The position numbers and the translations under genes were made by a program. The notes beneath the pieces are model-generated. The model made no database searches. It was given only the letters and a program-made list of their open reading frames with translations, and was not told the origin of the DNA. From the IMG/VR virus record IMGVR_UViG_3300033233_000014, positions 32,001 through 96,000 of that record: DNA of 64,000 bases. One strand, written 5' to 3'. This document shows, piece after piece, positions 55,352 to 64,000 of this stretch. This DNA comes from a virus. The first letter of the stretch is position 1; the number at the start of each line of letters is the position of its first letter.

Positions 55352-57779
55352 GCCCCACTCCCGTTTTCCGCCACAGCGAAGCCGGCATCGAGCAGCACCT
55401 GCCGCACCTCGGCGACGCACCGCTGGCCCGCGTCCCCGTGACAGGCATACACGCTCAGGGCCACGCCCCGCACCTCAAAGTCGTACGGCGCGGGCACGCT
55501 GCTCCCCTTCGGGAGTCCGACGACGTACAGCCACCCCGGCCCTGCCTGGGGCCGCACGATCAGGATATCGACCTCGTCGTCGAGATCCCCGGCCGCGTCG
55601 TCCTCGTCGACCGGGCCGACCCGGCGAACTGTCCGCACCGCCGCGCAGCGCTTCAGCAGCGCCTTCACGTCGGCCGTGCGCCAGCGCGCCGTCATCGCCG
55701 TTCCTTTCCCCGCCGCAGGACGCACTCGCCGTGCTCCTCAAGATCCCGGTGGATCACCGAGAGCAGGTTCGCCGCACCCTCGAGCCGCGCCGCCGTCTCC
55801 CGCGCCGACGCCACCGAGTGCCGGAAGTCCGCACTCACCTTCGGCCGCCGTCCGGGCCGCAGGCTACGCCGCAGCGACCGCCACAACTCCCGGTACCCGT
55901 CCTCCACCGCGTCGATCAGCGTGATCTGCTGGAGCAACACCGCCGGGTCGACCGGATGCGCCTTAGCCTTCCCCATAGATCCTCCGCACGACCGTCTCGG
56001 TCGGTTCGTTGAGTCGCGCGAGCAGCACCTCAAGGACCGCCGCGCCTCCTGACGTCATCCGCCCCGCCGCCACGTCCGCAGCCATCGCCGCCCGCTGCGC
56101 CGCCACGAAGGCCCGCGCTTGGCTGTCGATGCGCCGCGCGGCAGCGATGGCGCGCTCTCGCAGGCGGCGCTCGACCCACCGGAGCGTCCCCCACATGGCG
56201 AGGCAGGCGACGGCGAAGCCGGCCCACCACATCAGGCGCGCCTCATAGGAGTCCATCGTCCGCCAGATAGATCACGGGCATGCCTGCAATCCCCGCACTC
56301 ACACGGCGGGATCCCGAACCCGAACCGCTCGTAGAGGCCGCCGGTTTCCAGCCACGCCGTATGGACCGCGTCTCTCTCCACCCGCCGCGCCCACCGTTGG
56401 GTTCCCGGGCCGATGGCCCAGCACATCCCGATCACCCCCACGACGATCAGCACGTAGATCACTTGCCGCCCTCCTTTGGCTCAGCCGGCGCGAGGGCGGC
56501 ATCCAGGTCCGTCAGCGTGACTGCGAGCATCGGCCACTTCGGGCTCTTGGCGCCGCGGAGACGAGTCGTCACCCGCCGCACCTTCTCCACAAGCCGCTCG
56601 ACGGTCCCGGCGAGGCGGCCGACCTCGGCCTCGGCCTGCTGCAGGCGCGGCACGATCTGCCGCACGCAGTCCACGGTGCCCTTATGCACCATCGGGTCGA
56701 ACACGGGGCGCAGCGCCTTGTCGATATCGCACAGCGAAAGTCCGTAGCCGGCGGACAGCGTCCCCGTGAACTCCGCGCGGGTCTGCGCCGCGTCCCGCGC
56801 ACCCTCGGCCGTGATGAGGACGCGCTCGCTATCGCGCATCAGGCGGTAGACGCACTCCGGGCACATCCACGCCGGGGACGCGCTCGTCCGGCTGCTCCAG
56901 ACCATCCGCCGCCCGCAGTCCGTGCAGCAGGCGTAGGGGCCGGCGTGCTCGGGTGTGGCGCCGATCAGGCCGTCCCGCTCGGCCGTCACCGCCGCCAGCG
57001 CCTCTCGCGCCGCCGCGAGTTCGTGGGCGAGCCGGCGCTCGACGGATCTCCCTCCTGGGGCCGGCGGCTTCATCGCGGCCCCGCGTCCAGCGGCGGATGC
57101 GCCTGCACATCCTCGGCGTGGGCGGCCACGACATGCTGCCGCAGCGCGGCCTGCAGCGGCGCGAAGAGGGCGTGCTCGATGGCCGCGCACTCCGTGCTGC
57201 TCACGTCGATGCTGACCGCCTCGTCCTCGGCCGCGTTCTGGAGCGCCTCGTCGAGGTGCAGCCAGTTGAGCACGGCCTGCGTCAGGTCCACCGGCACCAG
57301 CCGGCAGGTGACGACGGTGCGCTCGGGGTACGCGCGGCGCGCCACGGCCAACGCCGCCTCGCGGCTGGGGTAGCCGCCGTCGAACAGCCCGCCGTCGTAG
57401 CCGTCCTCTTCCCCGGCCGCCCGGCTCTCCGCCCAGCCGTAGGTGTCGCTCATCGCGTTCTCCGCCCGATCTGCGTCGCCACGATGAACCGCTGGATCCG
57501 CCCCGTCCGATCGTCGATGACGGCGACGACCGGGCCCCCGCCGCGCACATCGATCCCGAAGATCCCGTTCAGGAGGCCCAGCCACGAAAGCCGATAAGGG
57601 CCGTCCGGCCCGCGCCCCCACACTTGGATCGTCGGGTGCCGCGCCAGCGTCTTGTTGCAGGCCACGCGGCGCGCCCAGAGCCGCTGGATCGCCGCGCGAT
57701 CAGCCCGGAGCGCCTGGTTCAACACCCACACCGCGTCCCGCGGCGTCACCGTCCAGCCCTTCGCCTCGCGCTGGGTCAT
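55348..57779 (-). other. Cluster of hypothetical proteins (55348-55695, 55692-55976, 55963-56256 with TM, 56232-56462 with TM, 56459-57073, 57070-57453, 57450-57779)
   Basis: Coupled minus-strand ORFs. Confidence 0.6.
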
Positions 57780-57787
57780 CGGGCCGC

Positions 57788-57816
57788 ATTGTCCCCTGCG
57801 CATTTACTTTTGTCAA
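57788..57816 (-). promoter_or_regulatory. Sigma70-type promoter
   Basis: TTGACA-17-GACAAT. Confidence 0.65.
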
Positions 57817-57857
57817 GTCGGATTCCCGAGGGATAACAATGCCATTGATATGCCCCT

Positions 57858-57878
57858 GACTGCAGACCGTCTGCAGTC
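57858..57878. repeat. 21-bp palindrome (copy 3)
   Basis: GACTGCAGAC-C-GTCTGCAGTC. Confidence 0.8.
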
Positions 57879-57882
57879 CGCC

Positions 57883-58149
57883 CTACGCCCCATCCCGCGC
57901 CTCGGCACAGAACGCCAAGAACTCCCGCGTCGGCAGCGCCGCGATCTCGGGGAAGCCCCGCGCCGCGATCCCCCGCCGCAGGATCCCAAGGCCCCGGAGA
58001 AACTCCGCCTGCACCGCCGCCGGCGTCTCCTCGATCCCGTGCGCCCGCAGCCATCCTGCCGTCCGCTGCGCCCATGCCTCGGTGACGAACGCCTGATCGT
58101 CGTCCCGGTCCATCTCGTGGTCCATCCCGCGGTCCATCTCACGGCCCAT
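57883..58149 (-). CDS. Hypothetical protein
   Basis: SD GGGGAGG; MD-repeat N-terminus. Confidence 0.55.
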   Translation of the reverse strand: MGREMDRGMDHEMDRDDDQAFVTEAWAQRTAGWLRAHGIEETPAAVQAEFLRGLGILRRGIAARGFPEIAALPTREFLAFCAEARDGA

Positions 58150-58169
58150 CAGGCACCTCCCCTACCCTA

Positions 58170-58720
58170 AGACGTCCCAGCCGTGACACCCGAGACACCA
58201 TGACCGACCCATCCCCTCGGCGGCGCTGGGTATTTTTTCCGGCGTCGTGAACCCATGCCCTGCCCATGTGCCCGGGCACGCGCCGGGTGTATTTTTTTCC
58301 GGCGCCACGAGCCCATGACGGTCGTGTTCCCCCCAGGAATTCCTTCGGTGGATTCCCTCGGGATTGTTCGTGGAAAACTGCCCACTCGTGCGACCCTCTC
58401 GCGCCTGGCACCTCTGCACGCACCCCCCACAGAAGGGTTATTCATCTCCGGCACGGGCCGTCCCAGACTCGGCGTCTCTCTCCCAACCAAGCCCACCCCC
58501 AGGCTAGACATCCACATCCAGGGACTAGACATCCCCCATCCGAGAACGCTTCCAGACTAGACCCACCCCCCCCTCGACCAAGCGCACTCCCAGACTAGGC
58601 ACCCCCCATCCGAGAACGCCCTTCCAAGAGAGTAGGGCTTTTGGGCTCGGCCAGGCTCGACCCCGGGGTTCTTTTGCGGTCCCCCCCACTCCCCCCTACC
58701 CCCTACCCCGCCTCGGCAGG
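58170..58720. repeat. Non-coding direct-repeat cluster (possible origin or packaging site)
   Basis: GTATTTTTT(T)CCGGCG x2, CCCCATCCGAGAACGC x2, several (G)ACTAG/CTAGAC, CCCATG repeats, C-rich strand. Confidence 0.55.
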
Positions 58721-59394
58721 CACGGCTTGTTGCAGGCGAGGCCGGCGCTGGGATGCCCCAGGCGCCGGCTACCCGGGCCGTGGTGCCGCGCCAGGCCGTG
58801 GCCGGGGCCGGAAGTGCCTGCGCCTGTCCGATGGCCCGTAGCGAGGCGCTAGCGCGTCACGATAACCCTCCCAGGCCCGTCCCTCACCCGCGCACCCGTG
58901 TCGCGCACCCATCACGAGCCCATGACCCATGCGGGCCCATCACGGCGCTCGAGCCGTGCTCGCGGCGCCCATGCCGACCCACGATCGCCGTGCTGAACTT
59001 CTTCCGCCGCGGCGCGCCCGGGGGCTGAAGTTGTTCAGCGGCGGGTGCCGCAGGCCACCATCGCCTGGGCCATACGCCAGGCGCACGCACCCCGGCCTGT
59101 ACGGCAACTGCCGTATTGGGCCAGGCAAGTGCCAGGCGCTAGCGCCGTCGGCACTCGTCGAACTCTCGCACGCACCCCGGGCTGTGTCGGCGAAGAGTGT
59201 CTCGCCGAGTTGCAGGACTCTCGACGAGTGCTGCCGCCGTAACTCTCGGAACTCTCGGCCCCCGCTGATCCCGCCGAGTTCGGCCTGGTGCGCCTCTCGG
59301 CATCCACACTGGGCGCATGCACCCCGTAGTGTGCGAGTATTCGGCTGGGTTCCCGCCTGGCCTGTGCTCCACGACGCCAGGCGCGTCACCCGCC

Positions 59395-62345
59395 CTATGC
59401 ATCCGGCGGCGCGCCGATGAAATCGGCCTGGCCGAACGTGTCGCTCGCGCGCTTGCGTGCCCGCTGCACCGCCTCCATCACCGCGCGGCGCAACTCCGCC
59501 GTCTGCCCCTTCGCCACCGCGTCCCGCACCGCCTCCTGCGTCACCGAGAGATCAAGCGCCCGGTGCTCGTAGCGATCCCGCGCCCCGCACCACACGAACC
59601 CGCCCTCGCCCGTAAGCCAGGCGTGCCACTCGAGCCGCCGATCCGCGTCGGTCATGCGCGCCGCCTCTCCATCGCCTCAGCCATCACGCCGTGCTCGCGA
59701 TTGTTCCCCGTGAAACGTTTTCCGTAACTGGGCATGGCCCTTGGTGATACCTCGCATAAGAGAGACGGCCCGAGGATGGGAGGGTGACTGCAGACACTTG
59801 CAGTCGATCGCGTAGGGCTCGGTGGCGCGCCGAAGGCGTGTGGCTGCTGGGCCTTGCGTCGAAGCATGCGTGCCTAGCCTTCGTCGACTCCCGTGTGCGG
59901 CGTGTCGGTGCGGAGGCGTGCGGGCCTCTCGCCGACCCCCATTCCATGTCGCCCCGGTGCGCCCGAGGCCGGGAACGACCCCGTTCTGAACCCTGCTGGG
60001 CCTCTGCTGCGTCTCTACACAGGCCGGAAGGGGGACGTTTTTCACGCGCCTGAGTCCGAACGGAACGAGAACACTTGCGCCGATCATGCGCCACGCCTCG
60101 GGGGGTGTGGGCCGTAGTGCTCGCCGTGGATCCGCACGGAGACGACGTGCGTCTCGCCCGGCGTGCCGCGCCAATGCACCGCCCAGTAGGGTGTCCCGCC
60201 TGCCTCGATGCGCTCGACGTGGCGGCGCACGGCCAGGGCTGCCGCGCCGGGCGTCTCATGCCACTCGGCGGGCGTGCCATCGGGAAGCCTGTCGCCCGGG
60301 GCACAGGTGCAGGGGACGCAGATGAGATCGGCGGCGGACAAGCGCCGGGACACCTCATGCCCGCAGGAACGAGAGATCGACGGTGTCGTGCCCCGCCGGC
60401 TCCCGCGCCGGCGACGCCATGAGCCGCTCGGCCATATGGAGGTTGGCCGGGCAGATGCGCAGTTCGGCGAAGTGGACGGTGGCGGGGAATGTCTCCGTGA
60501 GGAACTCGCCCAGCGGTTCGCCGAAGCGATTCGTCCACGAGAGGTTGTGCTTGAACACGCAGGGCGAGCAGACTTGGTGCCACCCGCTGCAGCAGGTGCA
60601 GCGCCGCAGGCCGTAGGGCCAGCGCTGGCCGTAGGGCCAGCGCTCGCCCCGGTGGTAGCGGAGATCGGCCTGGCAGCACTCGCAGCGGCGCACCACGTCG
60701 GCGGCGTAGGCGTAGCCTGGCGGCCGGGCGGGTGGAGGAGGCAGCGGCCGGGTGTTCCAGACCCGGCGCGCCACGATCAGCGCCTCCCGTTGCAGATCGT
60801 CGAGGGACGGCATCGACGTCAGTTCGCCTCGGCCTCGTCGGCCCAGGCCCCGGCCAGGGCGGCGGCAAGCGTCTCCTGCGCCGCCGCCCGGATCTCGTCT
60901 GGCGGCGCGTCGAGGATCTGGAGGCTGATCGTGGCGTCCCAATCCCGGGGCTCCCAGCCGGGGAAGTGCAGGCGGGCGCTCACCAGGAGGTTGCCGTCCC
61001 GCGCTGCGAAGCCGACGGCCTGGACGGCGCCCCGCGCCTCTGTCATCGCCGCCTCGAGGCCCGCGCAGGCGCCCGCCACGAAGGCGTCGAGCCGCGCCTT
61101 GTCCTGCGGGAGCATGATCCAGGAGTCGAGAATCGTGACGATCATCGGCCGCGTCACGCCCCCGCCTTCGCCTTCGCCTTCGCCTCCCACTCCGCGACCT
61201 CCTCCCGAGTCTTCTCCATGACGCCGACGAGCCCCTCCTCCTCGATGATGTAGTCGTCCCCGAAGATCATGGCCCATTGCGCCCTGCGGTGCACCGACGG
61301 CAGGTCGAGTGTGACCATGAACTTCCGCCGCCCCGCCTTGCCGATATCGTCGACGCCGTTGTCGTAGAACCGGATGACTGGGAGATCCAGCCCGCCGCGC
61401 TGCCGTTCAACGGCCGCCGCCACCTTGGCGAGCATGCCCGCCTGCTCAGGCGTCAGCGAGGCAAACCACGCCGCGTCCATGTCTACTCGCATCGTGCCAC
61501 TCCTGCCCTGATGGGCGATCATTCGTCCCGAAAGTCCTCGAGCGTCTCGGCGGCGAAGTCGTCCATCGCCTGCTCGCAGCCCCCGCAGCGCCCGCCTTTC
61601 GACAGCGGGCCGTTCACCAGGCTGCAGTTCACGCACACGCCGTCCCGATCCGCTCGCTGCCACGCCGTGAGGAACTCCTCGATGTCGGCGAGGACCATCC
61701 GCCCCTCCTCGGCCGCCTGCGCGTTGACGCTGAACTGGAACGTCTTGCCCTGCCAGCACCACGACCGCCCGCCGAACGCGTCGGGGGCGACGAGGGTGAA
61801 GCCGTGCGCGAGGAACCAGGCGGCGTCGAGGGCGCTCACTCGGCCCCCATCAGGACGCTGGCGACGCGCTCCTCGTCCGACTTGGTCATCGGTGGCTGGG
61901 GGCGACGGGGGAACACCGGATCGACCGAGACGGCGGTGTCGGAGCGGCACGGGCCGGCGTATGGCGGGGCGTCGACGGCCTCCACACGGACGTGCAGTCG
62001 CACGGTTCGCCCGCACAAGATCCGCAGCCGGTCGCGCCAGGCGAAGTGGATCTCGACCTTGGTGAAGAACGTCTCCATTAGGAACTTCCTCCTACACGAC
62101 GAGGTCGAGGGCGCTCATGTTCTCTTCGCGCGCCGATCTGCGAGTTTCTTCTTGGCGAGAGCGATGCGCTGGCATCTCGCGCAGGAGATCTTTCCTGCTT
62201 CCACAAGCAATCGGTGGGTCGCGTTGTGTGGGTCAAGGAGCCAGAAAAACGTCCTCTCGAACGCCGTAAGTTTGGCGCCCTTCCTCGCCGGCCTGACCGT
62301 CGTTCCCCAGTCCCTGACGATCTCCTCACGCCGCGCCTTCGGCAT
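59395..62345 (-). other. Cluster of hypothetical proteins (59395-59655, 60084-60353, 60355-60813, 60819-61157, 61154-61492, 61519-61839, 61836-62078, 62115-62345)
   Basis: Minus-strand ORFs with SD sites or coupling. Confidence 0.55.
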
Positions 62346-62538
62346 GCCAGGTATGTTACCGCATGCTCACTTCTTTGTCATGCCTCATCCGCGCGGCCAC
62401 CCCAGACAGGCGAGCGCGACCGCGGCGATCCCGAGGCCGATGACGATCAGGCACCGCAGTCCCCGGCGCCTGGCCCGCCGGCGCTCTCCGGCCCGGATCT
62501 CGGCGATCCACGTGGGATCCCAGATCGCACACCCCCAC

Positions 62539-62892
62539 TCAGGCGAGTGCCCACCAGGCGATCTTGCACGCCCCGTGCAGCGCCTGGTCGACGTGGATGC
62601 CGAACCAGCCCTCACACTTCGAGAAGTCAATCACCCAGTGCGCCGCCGTCTCGGCGAGCCCCAGCCAGACGTTGCCGGTGATGGCAGCAACGGCCGCGCC
62701 GTGGATCACCGCGTGGGCGGTGAGGAAGTACGGCCACACGCGCTGCAGCGTCTGGCCGGGCGGGAGCGAGGCCGGATCGATCACCCGGTGCCGGTTCTTG
62801 CCCTTCGCCATGTCGGGCGACTGCGCCCAGAAGTCGGCGATGCAGTGGCCGACGATCAACCACCAGAGCCGCTCGAGGCTGGTCAGGATCAT
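62539..62892 (-). CDS. DUF3307-like membrane protein
   Basis: GHCIADFWAQS..MAKGK...LTAHAVIHG...HWVIDFSK...DQALH. Confidence 0.75.
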   Translation of the reverse strand: MILTSLERLWWLIVGHCIADFWAQSPDMAKGKNRHRVIDPASLPPGQTLQRVWPYFLTAHAVIHGAAVAAITGNVWLGLAETAAHWVIDFSKCEGWFGIHVDQALHGACKIAWWALA

Positions 62893-63966
62893 GCGGGCGG
62901 TGCCTCCGGCGCCGGAACGATCGGCGTCTCCTCCGGCATCTTGGGCACGAAGCCCTTCGGCCGCAAGAACGACACCGAGATCGGCGCACCGTCCTCGGCC
63001 AACGTCACGTAGATGAACTCGTGCGGGTGCGGCTTCACGACCTTGTTCGCCACCAGCCCTCGCCGCAGATGCACCCAGACTTGCTCCACGCCGTCGACGC
63101 TGTCCGTGACCTCGACCGTGGGCGGCGAGAACTCGACGTAGACGGGCGCGACGTTCGGCCCGCCGTTCGTCCCGTTGGGCGTCATCCCGGGAGAGGCTGG
63201 GGAGATGCCCGAGGGAGGCTCGGGAGATGCGCCCGGGATGTCGGGAGACTCGCTCACGGGAAGTCGATCTCCTGCCCGTCGGCCGTGTGGACGCGGATGA
63301 AGTACATGGCCGCGTCCTCGCGCAGCAGGATCTCGACGTGCGCCTCGATGCCGATGCCCCGCAGCCTGGCGCGGATCGCCGGGACCAGGTCCGGCCCCGG
63401 CGATTCGCACACGAACACCTGCAGCGCCGCGGCCACCCGCTCTTCCGTGTCCTGCCAGTCGGGCTCCTCGCCGATGGGACTACCCGCCTCCGGCCGGCGG
63501 GCGCGTCCACACGACGCCGAACGGGTTCTGGTCGAAGTCGATGGACTGACGGAACCCGACCGCCGACGCCGTGGCCGCGAGGTCCACTGGGCACAGGCAG
63601 TCGCCATCGCCGAGCGCCGGCATCCCGGTGGCGAACACGAGGCGCTCGCGCCCGCCGACGAGCGCGGCCAGTTCGCCGACCGTCTCGGCGATCTCGCCCG
63701 TCGGGTTCACGAGTACCTCGACGCACACGTCAGGCTTCCCCCACGACGCCCATCTCGCCGAGCGCCCAAGTGATCTGGTGCGTCAGGAGATGGTCAAGGC
63801 CGAGCGCGTTCGCGATCTCCTCGCCGTCCACGCCGGGGTGATCGTGGATGCGGCGGAACACCTGCGCTGCGTCCTCGAGCGTGCCCGCCCGCAGCGTGGT
63901 CGCGCGCTCCCACGCTGGAGCAGACGGCGCCAGGTTTGTCGTCTCGGTCACTTGCTCTCCTTGCAC
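62889..63966 (-). other. Small hypothetical proteins (62889-63257, 63254-~63480, 63480-63728, 63730-63966)
   Basis: Coupled minus-strand ORFs. Confidence 0.5.
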
Positions 63967-64000
63967 TCGGCGACCCGCAGGGCTTCCGCGACGAAGTTCC

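Overview
High-GC window from a large tailed-phage (or prophage) genome. Essentially all real genes are on the minus strand; the long plus-strand ORFs are antisense shadows. From left to right: (1) virion and packaging genes (1-13.6 kb): a partial tail fibre/spike, a HAD phosphatase and PI3/4-kinase-like pair, putative head proteins, a beta-helix protein, terminase large and small subunits, a SAM-MTase-like gene and a ParB-N gene. (2) An RNA island (14.3-24.5 kb): 42 tRNA genes covering all 20 amino acids, a tmRNA, a Ro60/TROVE protein, two endonucleases and an RNA ligase. The island also holds five paralogous Y-RNA-like ncRNAs that share one closing stem but carry different internal domains, stand-alone circularly permuted tRNA mimics, and several other unexplained structured RNAs. 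(3) About 35 kb of short, early-type hypothetical genes driven by a repeated sigma70-like promoter, with an intein-containing DNA methyltransferase, a ParB-like protein and a SWIM-fused ATP-dependent DNA ligase. (4) A repeat-rich non-coding stretch at 58.2-59.3 kb that may be an origin. The most striking candidate system is the phage-encoded Ro60 with its modular Y-RNA family, permuted tRNA mimics and RNA ligase inside a complete tRNA set. All calls come from reading the sequence by eye; no database searches or folding programs were run.
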